From: a virus
Taxonomy: Duplodnaviria > Caudoviricetes
IMG/VR virus record: IMGVR_UViG_3300025354_000006
Coordinates: 1-36,175 of that record
Reading direction: 5' to 3' (one strand)
DNA length: 36,175 nucleotides
A program made the position numbers and the translations under genes. The notes beneath the pieces were generated by a model that had not been told where the DNA came from, did not search any database, and saw only the letters and a program-made list of their open reading frames with translations. Of the stretch, positions 7,861-15,916 are shown piece after piece (the stretch's first letter is position 1; each line of letters starts with the position of its first letter).

Positions 7861-8271
7861 ATGAGAGAACCTGAGACTGCCGTAGTCCTGTTTCAAATCA
7901 GGGATGAGCTTCATCTGATCGCAGAAACCCTCAAGGAACTCACTGAGGCCATCAAGGAATCTGACTCCAGGGGGTCCCTTCATGACCCTGGAGGAGATCA
8001 AGGAAGTCTTCGGGGCGATCGAAACCATGATCCCGAGAATGATCCCGATCGAGGAGACCCGGGAAGCCCTGAAGGGAATCCCCCAGTGGAGTTCCAAAGG
8101 CAGGACGACCAGGGAGTACCAGAGAGCCTTCTTGGAGCACCAGTCTGTGAAATCTGCGAGAAACCGCTAGGCCATACAGGCTTTGATGCTGACCAGTTGG
8201 CTTTCCTGATCAAGCAAACCAGCAAGCAGTTCGGTAGGGAAAGGTGTGAGGTCTGTGCCGGCTACACCTAG
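7861..8271 (+). CDS. Hypothetical protein with C-terminal CxxC...CxxC Zn finger
   Basis: ATG 7861 overlaps upstream stop; CEIC...KQFGRERCEVC. Confidence 0.6.
   Translation: MREPETAVVLFQIRDELHLIAETLKELTEAIKESDSRGSLHDPGGDQGSLRGDRNHDPENDPDRGDPGSPEGNPPVEFQRQDDQGVPESLLGAPVCEICEKPLGHTGFDADQLAFLIKQTSKQFGRERCEVCAGYT
7982..8170 (+). CDS. Nested 62-aa ORF in an alternate frame
   Basis: Protein-like sequence (MTLEEIKEVFGAIE...), GC-rich third positions, AGGGGG upstream. Confidence 0.45.
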   Translation: MTLEEIKEVFGAIETMIPRMIPIEETREALKGIPQWSSKGRTTREYQRAFLEHQSVKSARNR

Positions 8272-8443
8272 GGTCCAGGTGGTAACCAAAGGTGAGTTGC
8301 TTGACAGGCTTCAGGACTTCTATGACAAGCACCCTGGCCTAGAGGAACGAGTCAGTTCAGGGAGGCTTCATCCCTTCGATGAAGAACTCCTCAGGGAGAT
8401 TAAGGGCATTGAGTTCCTGCTAGCTGCACAGGTGGATGAATGA
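8246..8443 (+). CDS. Hypothetical protein
   Basis: ORF track; fills operon gap; GGAAAGG upstream. Confidence 0.55.
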   Translation: MRSVPATPRVQVVTKGELLDRLQDFYDKHPGLEERVSSGRLHPFDEELLREIKGIEFLLAAQVDE

Positions 8444-8622
8444 AGGTCACAGTGTTCCAGTTGAGTCGGACCAAGGAGGGCTTCAAGGGACCGGGCAAAC
8501 AAGTGCTGACTGTGGAGACTGACGAAGAAGGGCTTAAGAGACTTAGGTCTCAGTATGCCCAGGATCGCTTCGATATCCGAACTGACTAGCAGACCAAACC
8601 CAGACACAACCAAGAGGTAACC

Positions 8623-9105
8623 ATGACCGTAATTGATGAGAATGCCCTTGCCGACTTCGAGAACCCCAGCAAGCTTCAGGGTGGTTCTGGCGGTGGGGCC
8701 AAGTTCAAGACGCTCAAACCTTATTCCGGCACGATCGTTGAACTGAAGAAGATCAAGAAGGAGGATGACCAGTTCAACAAGGGTCACGATCAGTTCTGCT
8801 TCAAGATCGCTCTCGATGACTGGGGTCCCGGCTCCAAGGTCAATCCTGAGGACCCTGATTCTCCTGTCCGTGAGGAGCAGTGGCACCACAGCATCTACAC
8901 CCGGACCCAGTTCACGCCGGGCAAGGGAGGCAAGCTGGAGAAGATGTTCCAGGGGATTCTCGACCGAGAGAACGTGAGTCCCCAGGACGCACCTGAGATT
9001 GCACGTCGCATCAAGGAAGGCGCTCGGGTCTCTTTGGTGTTCAACCGTGAGAATGGCAACCATGGGCCTTACGATGCCCTGATCGCGGTCATGGCTGCTG
9101 AGTAG
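8623..9105 (+). CDS. Putative single-stranded DNA-binding protein
   Basis: GGGAKFK N-terminal motif and beta-rich pattern; lies between nuclease and helicase; strong codon bias; GAGGT RBS. Confidence 0.6.
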   Translation: MTVIDENALADFENPSKLQGGSGGGAKFKTLKPYSGTIVELKKIKKEDDQFNKGHDQFCFKIALDDWGPGSKVNPEDPDSPVREEQWHHSIYTRTQFTPGKGGKLEKMFQGILDRENVSPQDAPEIARRIKEGARVSLVFNRENGNHGPYDALIAVMAAE

Positions 9106-9120
9106 CTAACCGGCAAACCA

Positions 9121-9163
9121 GGGGACTGGACTCAAGCACAGCTTGTAGCTGGGTCTGGTCCCC
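9121..9163 (+). promoter_or_regulatory. Long G-U-rich hairpin containing a 25-bp repeat (9133-9157)
   Basis: GGGGACTGGACTCA...TGGGTCTGGTCCCC; repeat identical to 13469-13493. Confidence 0.7.
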
Positions 9164-9181
9164 TTACCTTTCTGGAGAGAC

Positions 9182-9973
9182 ATGAGGACAGGTGCCGGCG
9201 CACTAACTAACAGTTGGGCCAAGACCCTCAAGCAAATCAGGGTGCCCTTCCCGAGCTTGGCCAGGGTGGTCGAACTCTACGCTGGCGAAAGCATTGTAGT
9301 CATTGCTGCGCCAGGTGTTGGCAAGACCTTGTTTGCTCTGAACTTTGCAGCGCAGTCAGGGGCCAAGACCCTGTATCTGTCTGCGGACACCAGTGAGCGC
9401 AACGTCAGCCTGAACCTTGCAGCCATGGCAACGGGTGAGTTGAAGGAGGACATCAAGAAGGCCATCAAGGAGACCAACCCTGACTATCGGGAAGCAATCA
9501 AGGACTACGAGGCTGAAATCAGGAAGGCCTTCCCAAATCTGATAGTGGACAACAGCCCGAGTATCAGCCTGGAGGCAGTGGTTCAGAAGTCGTACGCCCT
9601 CGCGGATATCTGGGGTGACTACCCGGAGCTTCTGGTTCTTGATATTGCCACCAATATCGAGAGGCCCAGTGACGATTATGGGTCCTGGGATCAACTCTGG
9701 AACCAGATCAAGATGGTAGCTAGGCACCTGGGCTGTGGGGTCTTGGTTCTTCATCACGTGAAAGAGGGTTACGCAGCCAACGGCAATGTGGCCCCCCAAC
9801 TGTCCGATGGCCAGTACAAGCCACACAAGCACCTGGAGATCGAACTAGGTTTGTACAGGCCTGGACCTCATGAGTTCCGGGTGATCGTGCTCAAGAACCG
9901 AGATGGAAAGGACCAAGTGACGATACCGATGGTGATGGACTACCCGACTGCGACCCTGATTGACAATGCATAG
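9182..9973 (+). CDS. DnaB-like (SF4) helicase, ATPase domain only
   Basis: Walker A AAPGVGKT, LYLSAD, Walker B LLVLD, VLHH, KNRDG. Confidence 0.9.
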   Translation: MRTGAGALTNSWAKTLKQIRVPFPSLARVVELYAGESIVVIAAPGVGKTLFALNFAAQSGAKTLYLSADTSERNVSLNLAAMATGELKEDIKKAIKETNPDYREAIKDYEAEIRKAFPNLIVDNSPSISLEAVVQKSYALADIWGDYPELLVLDIATNIERPSDDYGSWDQLWNQIKMVARHLGCGVLVLHHVKEGYAANGNVAPQLSDGQYKPHKHLEIELGLYRPGPHEFRVIVLKNRDGKDQVTIPMVMDYPTATLIDNA

Positions 9974-10187
9974 GGTTAGGAAGGTAATCACTGAATCCGG
10001 GGCTATCTACAGTGGCTCGAACGGCTGTGAGGTATGCGGTAGGAGGCTCTACCCGAGCACCGTGACTATTGGTTGGCTGGCCCTAGAGCCTGACCCTAAG
10101 GGCGATTGGTTCCTTGGGGATGGCTATGTCTACTGGGACCCGGACCATAAAGGCGAGACCTACCGGGCGGCCCCTTGCATTGACTAG
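9967..10187 (+). CDS. Hypothetical protein (start approximate, second Met of track ORF 9960..10187)
   Basis: Overlaps helicase stop; CEVC motif. Confidence 0.5.
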
Positions 10188-10576
10188 TCATGCCTGATAG
10201 GCTTTCCGAAGATCAACAATCGAGGGGAAGATGCAGCTAGAGGAGTTCCTGAACAAACTCTCAGACTTCGAGAACTTTCCACGGACTGATGTTGATCTGG
10301 TCTTCCGGTTTGGGGACCAGGCCTTCAAGGCATCGGGAGCCATGGGGCTGTTTTTGGACAAGGAAAGCAATGCCGAAGTCACTGTGAAGCTGGAGGTAAT
10401 GTGAAGTTCTATGTGAACACTGACCAGATCGAGGTCGAGATTCTGACAGCCGATTCTGAGGATGGCTTTAAGCATGCCAAGGAATTAGTGAAGCAGGTCA
10501 AGAACCTGGTCCCTGATGAACTGCTCAAGGAAATCCAGGAGACTCAGGTTCCCACCCTTGACCCTGGGGCCTACTG

Positions 10577-10795
10577 ATGGATCGCTACTCGATTGATGAA
10601 CTCGAAGACCTGGGAGCGAAGGTCGAGAATGAAGGGGGTATCTACGAGGCGATCGTTTCTTATGGGTTGAGGTTTCAGCAGGTTCCTGAGCGGCTTCAGC
10701 GGGACTGGAAGCACCTAGAGACCCTTGCGGATCATTTGAGGGAAACCTGGGAGGAACTGAAAGCTATTTACCCAGAGTTGGATCAGGATGTCTGA
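10577..10795 (+). CDS. Hypothetical protein
   Basis: TGATG coupling on both ends. Confidence 0.7.
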   Translation: MDRYSIDELEDLGAKVENEGGIYEAIVSYGLRFQQVPERLQRDWKHLETLADHLRETWEELKAIYPELDQDV

Positions 10796-11091
10796 TGGAG
10801 TATGAAGTCTTTAGCGTCGAGGAAGCTGTCAATCTCAGGCTTCCGATGGCTCGTAGGTATCTTGATGAGGACTTCAATCCTGAGGGCATCTGCCTTCTCT
10901 ACGAGGTCAAGGACGAGAACTACAGATTCATCGCTGCGGACGGAGTCCCACCTGAGGACGCTTGCTTCAGGCTGAAGTTCTCCTGGGTGGCTGAGGAACT
11001 GGCCCAAGCCTACACCAAGGGTTACGAGTTGGGGTTTGACAATGGCTATGAGGAAGGTGAGTGGCGTGAACGCATGGTCCCCAAGTTCTAA
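10795..11091 (+). CDS. Hypothetical protein
   Basis: TGATG coupling; AY..GY..G repeats at C-terminus. Confidence 0.7.
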   Translation: MEYEVFSVEEAVNLRLPMARRYLDEDFNPEGICLLYEVKDENYRFIAADGVPPEDACFRLKFSWVAEELAQAYTKGYELGFDNGYEEGEWRERMVPKF

Positions 11092-11264
11092 GATTGAAAG
11101 GAGTATCCAAGTAAGCATGGAGTCTGATATCCGGAATTGGACTGACTGGCTCAGAGACCAGGGCTTAGAGGTCTGTGAGTACACAACCCCCAGTGCTGCT
11201 TTCGAGAGTGGTTGGGACCCGATTGCTAGGAGGAAGCTTGAGGACCTGATAGTGGAGTACATCC

Positions 11265-11555
11265 ATGGCTGAACTCAGGAATCGTAGCCAGTGCCTGTGT
11301 AGTGCTTGTGGTCTGATCTTCACTGGAGTCACAGCGTTCGATAGGCACCAGACGGGCATTGACCCAGTGGTCTGTCACGATCCTGTTTCTCGTGGGCTGG
11401 AGTTGAGGCCAGGTGGTGTCTGGGGTAAGCCAGGGGGTTCCCAGGGGACTTCTAAGGCTTTGACACCCAAGGGGGTAGTCACCCTACCTGCGGGGACTAA
11501 AAACGCCTCTGAGGGTGTCAGGGAACCCCCTACAGAGCATTCTGTGGCCTCATGA
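11265..11555 (+). CDS. Phage FDXHR-type zinc-binding protein
   Basis: CLCSACGLIFTGVTAFDRHQ...CHDP. Confidence 0.7.
   Translation: MAELRNRSQCLCSACGLIFTGVTAFDRHQTGIDPVVCHDPVSRGLELRPGGVWGKPGGSQGTSKALTPKGVVTLPAGTKNASEGVREPPTEHSVAS
11447..11514 (+). repeat. ~68-bp element, copy 2
   Basis: GACTTCTAAG-N26-CCTACC-N11-AAAACGCCTCTGAGG. Confidence 0.75.
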
Positions 11556-11899
11556 GCAAAGAGAGAGCCAAAGGAACCAGGGGTGAGAACGGCCACCTGA
11601 AGCTCCTCAGGATTCCCTTCCCGGAAGCTGAGCGTTCAGGGAGCAACCATTACACACCCTGGGGGCCGGCTGACTTCATCAATACCGGGACGTTCGCTAT
11701 CGAAGCTAAGAACTGGTCGGACCCCTACAAAGCAATCCGTAGAGGCTGGCCCCAGGCAACGAGCAACGCTAAGAAGGTCGATCTAGAACCCATCCTGCTG
11801 GTGACCATGCCCCACAAGCGAGCATCTGAGGGTCTGTTTGTAGTCAGGGAAGAGATGGGAATCCGCCTCTTGGCACGATACGTTGAGGGTGTAGATTGA
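11552..11899 (+). CDS. Hjc-like Holliday junction resolvase
   Basis: KGTRGE, AD, AIEAKN PD-(D/E)XK pattern; 115 aa; replication operon context. Confidence 0.8.
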   Translation: MSKERAKGTRGENGHLKLLRIPFPEAERSGSNHYTPWGPADFINTGTFAIEAKNWSDPYKAIRRGWPQATSNAKKVDLEPILLVTMPHKRASEGLFVVREEMGIRLLARYVEGVD

Positions 11900-12123
11900 G
11901 GATCAAGCTAGATGACTTCGAGGAGATCGCCAACTGCCTGGGTGACACTGACGCTATTGAACTAGCCAGGGTCATCAGGGAAAGCCCTGGAGGTTGGCTT
12001 ATCGAGGATGGCCTTGCAAGCTTTGGTGTTGTCTCCCTGAGTGCTTCAGCAGAGTATTGGGCTGGCCGTTGGTGGATCGTCTATCTGGAGCGATTGAATC
12101 CCTTGGAGGAGTTGAGTGTCTAA
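11896..12123 (+). CDS. Hypothetical protein
   Basis: TTG start overlapping upstream stop. Confidence 0.55.
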   Translation: MRIKLDDFEEIANCLGDTDAIELARVIRESPGGWLIEDGLASFGVVSLSASAEYWAGRWWIVYLERLNPLEELSV

Positions 12124-12305
12124 GTCTTTCTTGACCGACTATGCACTAAGGGTGATTGATCGGGCTGTTGAGGAACACAAGCCCTCCAAGGCGTTTGCTC
12201 TGCAAGTGGGCTACCAGGTCGAGGTCGCCGGGGGGGGCAAGTGGAAGAATGAGAAGCAGGATATGGCTCTCTGCACCTCTTGTGTGATCCGAGACGCGCA
12301 CACCC

Positions 12306-12680
12306 ATGGATAGAGAGCCCATCCCCATTGCCCCAATCTTGGAGGCCTATGGCTGGGATGGGAGCGTTCGGGGGCACGGAACCTGGAAGGCTATCCGGTG
12401 CCCCTTCCACCCTGACAGGAACCAGTCGGCTTCAGTGTCTCTTACCGGGTTCAAGTGTCACGCTTGCCAGAGGAAAGGCAATGCAGTCACCCTGGTTGCA
12501 TCCGTTGAAGGAGTTACCCCATCGAAGGCAAGGGAGCTAATAAGGAATCGAGGATTCAAGCCTCTAAGCTCGAACCAACCAGCAGTCCCGAACTGGCTAA
12601 GGAACTCAAGCCCTGCCTCCAAGAGTACGAAGACTCAGATATCGACTGGACATCAACTGTCACTGACGATGAGAGTCTGA
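12306..12680 (+). CDS. Stand-alone CHC2 zinc-finger (primase ZBD)
   Basis: IRCPFHPDRNQSAS...FKCHAC..KGNAVTLV...EG. Confidence 0.9.
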   Translation: MDREPIPIAPILEAYGWDGSVRGHGTWKAIRCPFHPDRNQSASVSLTGFKCHACQRKGNAVTLVASVEGVTPSKARELIRNRGFKPLSSNQPAVPNWLRNSSPASKSTKTQISTGHQLSLTMRV

Positions 12681-13102
12681 CCAGGAAGGAGATCAACAGG
12701 AGATCCCAGAGATGCAAGACCGAGTGCCCGGACTTCGAGGAATGCAGGCTCCTAGCTCTTAAGACCGCTAACAAGTCCGGTGTCTGGGCTGGCCGCTACT
12801 GGGATGATGACATCAGAAGGCTCCCCAGGGACTCCAACGGTCTCAAGTCCATAGACCCCATCGAGGACACAGAGGTCTCGGTGTACAATGGGGTTTACTG
12901 GTCCAGAGGTTCATGGTCAGCACAGCCGGCACAAGGTAAGAAGCGGGCATGGCTGGGGAACTTCACGGACGAGGACTCAGCAGGCCGGGCATCAAGGGAG
13001 TGGAGAAGTCAGCAAGGACTCCAGTTGGGTGGATCAGGTGGAGAAATCCATCAGGATTCCCTCAGTCCGAACCCGAGCTGCAATCCTGGAGATCCTGGGT
13101 GA
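12593..13102 (+). CDS. WhiB-family domain fused to AP2-like domain; no canonical start codon
   Basis: Frame open 12509-13102: C...CKTECPDFEEC...SGVWAG, then YNGVYW...WSAQ...KRAWLGNFTDEDSAGRA; track shows only 12881..13102. Confidence 0.75.
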   Translation: MAKELKPCLQEYEDSDIDWTSTVTDDESLTRKEINRRSQRCKTECPDFEECRLLALKTANKSGVWAGRYWDDDIRRLPRDSNGLKSIDPIEDTEVSVYNGVYWSRGSWSAQPAQGKKRAWLGNFTDEDSAGRASREWRSQQGLQLGGSGGEIHQDSLSPNPSCNPGDPG

Positions 13103-13151
13103 CCCGGTGAAGCCGAACCCCAACATGGGTAGGCGTCCCTAGCATCAGGGT

Positions 13152-13451
13152 TCAGTCCACCCTTCTTTTCTCGAATCCGGCAAGCTCATCAGGGTCATCT
13201 ACCACCACTAGGTAGGTGTACCTGGTGGGCCTGTACGGGCATGGATGCTCTAGCATGGTGCCCTTGAAGCCCTCTTCGGTGTCTACATAGAGCTTGGCTT
13301 CACACTTGAAGCAGCCGGCCTCCCCTGCCGCTCGGTCCTCAGTGTTCTTGACCCTGGTCAGGTACTCCGGGTGATGCCCGAGTTTCCAGGCTTCTTCCCT
13401 GGCTTGCCTTTTGAGGTAGCTGAAGCGGTTCTCGATGCTCTTGGTTGGCAT
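13152..13451 (-). CDS. Hypothetical protein (CxxC)
   Basis: GGGAGG RBS before ATG 13451; own -10 TATCAT at 13504-13499. Confidence 0.7.
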   Translation of the reverse strand: MPTKSIENRFSYLKRQAREEAWKLGHHPEYLTRVKNTEDRAAGEAGCFKCEAKLYVDTEEGFKGTMLEHPCPYRPTRYTYLVVVDDPDELAGFEKRRVD

Positions 13452-13468
13452 CAGGTCCTCCCTTGAGC

Positions 13469-13493
13469 CAAGCACAGCTTGTAGCTGGGTCTG
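13469..13493. repeat. 25-bp repeat, copy 2
   Basis: CAAGCACAGCTTGTAGCTGGGTCTG. Confidence 0.9.
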
Positions 13494-13576
13494 AGACCAT
13501 GATAGCCAACCTCAGCAAGTCTAAAAGTCCAGATTTCAGGGGGTCTGACCCTTGACAGGCCTGCTAGTCTTCATCC

Positions 13577-13773
13577 ATGGAACCCACACTCAAGGGACTC
13601 ACCTGGGAGTACGACGGGACAGGCTGGGTCTTCACCTGGAAGCCACAGGAGCACGTCAATTGAGACCCATGTTTCACTGGCTGTACGTCAAGTTGTTGTT
13701 CGGTAGCAAGCGGGCCTACCAGGAGTACCGGGAGTCCCTGAAGCCCGAGCCCAGCTTCACTGAGAGCCACTGA
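13577..13773 (+). CDS. Two small rightward ORFs (13577-13663, 28 aa; 13669-13773, 34 aa)
   Basis: TAGTCT -10 six nt before ATG 13577 (leaderless spacing); terminator downstream. Confidence 0.45.
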
Positions 13774-13783
13774 CCCCAGACAC

Positions 13784-13819
13784 AAGAAGGCCCCCAGTCA
13801 CTAGGACTAGGGGCTTCTT
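13784..13819. terminator. Bidirectional terminator-like hairpin
   Basis: AAGAAGGCCCC...GGGGCTTCTT between convergent genes. Confidence 0.7.
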
Positions 13820-14566
13820 CTATGCTTTCGTGGCTACTCGTACTTCGGTGATCCCATCCGAAAGGGTGACCTCCCTCCTGCTAGCCGGGACACTCAAGAC
13901 CGACTGAGACTCCTTCAGGCAAGCCACAGCCTTGGACAGTAGCTTGGGGTCGAAACCTAGCTTGCCTTCCAGGCTGGTTTGTGCGTCGATGCACTTGTAG
14001 ACCACAGACTCGATGTTGGGCCTGTAGGCCATCAGAAGCTCACCATAGCGGGAGGCCAGGTAGACAGTAGGCCAGGTTCCTTGAGGGTAACCCTGGTGGG
14101 TCTCCCAGTTCTCGGTTGCTCTGATGAAGCTCAGAGCCTCCTTGAAGTCCTCAGTCTTGAAGCTGACCAAGTCTAAGGCGGGTACCTTGACTGAAGCCTT
14201 GGCCGGCCAGGGGAACCTGTTGAACCTGTGTCCCGACTCATTGGGAGCCTCAGTCAGAAGCTCGTCAATGAAGGTCGGGTTCTTCTTGGTTCCGCCGACC
14301 CCTCTGACCCTGAGCTTGGACCCTTCGAGAGTTAGTTCGGCTTCCCCCTTGATCTTGACCAGCGTGCTCTTGAGTTCCCGAGCATCAACCAGAGTCGGAT
14401 ACTCTAGGCCCTCAACTGGCACCCAACCTAGTGCATCATGACCGCCGACATAGAGCCTCTCGTGGTCGATGAATGCGTTCTTGAGATAGGGGTATGGACT
14501 GTTCTTGGGCTCCGCCAGGGCCAGTAAAGGCTTGACCCTGGCTATCTCCTCCTTAGGGAGCCTCAC
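13820..14566 (-). CDS. Putative DnaN/sliding-clamp-like protein (248 aa)
   Basis: PYL..., LVDARELK...ELTLEGSKLRV, ..FP and GFDPKLL patterns resemble beta-clamp domains. Confidence 0.5.
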   Translation of the reverse strand: MRLPKEEIARVKPLLALAEPKNSPYPYLKNAFIDHERLYVGGHDALGWVPVEGLEYPTLVDARELKSTLVKIKGEAELTLEGSKLRVRGVGGTKKNPTFIDELLTEAPNESGHRFNRFPWPAKASVKVPALDLVSFKTEDFKEALSFIRATENWETHQGYPQGTWPTVYLASRYGELLMAYRPNIESVVYKCIDAQTSLEGKLGFDPKLLSKAVACLKESQSVLSVPASRREVTLSDGITEVRVATKA

Positions 14567-14715
14567 AACACAGGTACAACCTGAGCCTGGCTCTGGACTC
14601 CATTCACTACAGCCCCCAGGAGCCCGGAGATCAGAGCCTCAAGGAGGCCAGCTTGAACTAGGAGCGCCAGACCGAAGATCAGGACCAGATACCCCAGTGC
14701 GGTCTTGGGGGTCAT
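14563..14715 (-). CDS. 50-aa membrane protein
   Basis: Hydrophobic LGYLVLIFGLALLVQAGLL; coupled at both ends. Confidence 0.55.
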   Translation of the reverse strand: MTPKTALGYLVLIFGLALLVQAGLLEALISGLLGAVVNGVQSQAQVVPVL

Positions 14716-14876
14716 CGGACCGGTCCATGCTGTCGAGCGATGAACCTCCGGACCCCAGATGCCAGACCCTCAGGGCCCCGTGCCTCGATGTCACCGGAGT
14801 CGATCAGCTTCTTGAGTCGGTGCCTACTTGTAACCCCGTAGTGGCTGAGCTTGCGGATTGCCTCTGCTTGCGTCAC
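14712..14876 (-). CDS. Small winged-HTH / Xis-like protein
   Basis: AAAGGAG RBS, GTG start; TQAEA...TSRHRLKKLIDSGDIEA pattern. Confidence 0.45.
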   Translation of the reverse strand: MTQAEAIRKLSHYGVTSRHRLKKLIDSGDIEARGPEGLASGVRRFIARQHGPVR

Positions 14877-14886
14877 TTGATCTCCT

Positions 14887-15117
14887 TTACGTGAGTTTTC
14901 CGTAGAAGTAGCCACACCAGAAGTGAGCAAAGGACTTCTGCTCCTCTGTGAGGTCGTCTGACTTGTGAATGGCGAACTGGGCCTGACCAACCTCTTGCAT
15001 GTTCCTAGCGTCGAAGCTCACAATGCATTCGTCATCATCCAACCTCGGACGGGAGACGGATACGATGCTCCCCTCGCTTCCAACCAACCAACCATCATCA
15101 CCCGGCAACTGTGCCAT
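14887..15117 (-). CDS. Hypothetical protein
   Basis: GGGAG RBS; ATG follows upstream TAG. Confidence 0.7.
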   Translation of the reverse strand: MAQLPGDDGWLVGSEGSIVSVSRPRLDDDECIVSFDARNMQEVGQAQFAIHKSDDLTEEQKSFAHFWCGYFYGKLT

Positions 15118-15697
15118 CTACTCCCCGATCCTGTCCTCTGGGTCCAGGTACCTTCTGATCTCGTCTAGGACTTCAAGTGCCCCCTGGTGCCGGCCGACAC
15201 TGAAGTCTGAAACCTGATCCCCTGCTGCTCGAACGTTCGCCTTGACTTCCAGGAGCCTCAGGAGTTCATCAAGGCTGGTCTTCATAGTGCTCCTTGAAGA
15301 TCACGATGGGGATAACGCTGAACGAATGGCCTCCCATCTGGTCCAGTTCATGGTTGGCCATCGATCGGTTCGGAAACAGGCCAATGCAGACCTTAGACAA
15401 CTCGTCGTAGATCGTGTATCGCATTTCACTCCCTTGAAGGTTCTCGATCTGGAACTCAGTCATCAGCCTGCTAACCCGTTCAGGAAGGTCAGACCGAAGC
15501 TGACCACCATGATCCATCCCAGTACCACTAAGAGCTTGAATCCATTTCCTAAGTCCCCGAACTTCGGCTTGGTAGCCTGGTACCTCTCCATTGCTCTCCC
15601 CTTTCCAAGCTGGGTCTGGGTCTGGTGACTCTGACTGTTGTCACCGAGAGGCCCACTGGAATCCAGTGAACCCCCCGCTGGTCGCAGTCAGGTACCC

Positions 15698-15892
15698 CTA
15701 CCTCCTTCGGTTCAGCCACTTCAAAGTGCCGGCGAACCGGTTCTGGGCCTCCACGCTGTACCAGGTGCCCTCGTCTGGCTCAACTCGCAGGAACGCCTTC
15801 CGGATCAGATCGTATGAGTAGCCCTCCTGTAGTGCGTAGTCTGTGAGCGCGTCCTGATCGATGGCAATGTAGGTCCCGTAGACGCTCTGCAT
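15698..15892 (-). CDS. Hypothetical protein
   Basis: AAGGGA RBS. Confidence 0.65.
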   Translation of the reverse strand: MQSVYGTYIAIDQDALTDYALQEGYSYDLIRKAFLRVEPDEGTWYSVEAQNRFAGTLKWLNRRR

Positions 15893-15916
15893 TCCTGGTT
15901 CCCTTCTTCTCAGTGC

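Noticed and set aside
12116-12313. RVIDRAVEEHKPSKAFAL resembling a PAPS-reductase-like N-terminus, plus a G8 tract
   Set aside because: No SGG motif or rest of the domain follows; too weak to call.
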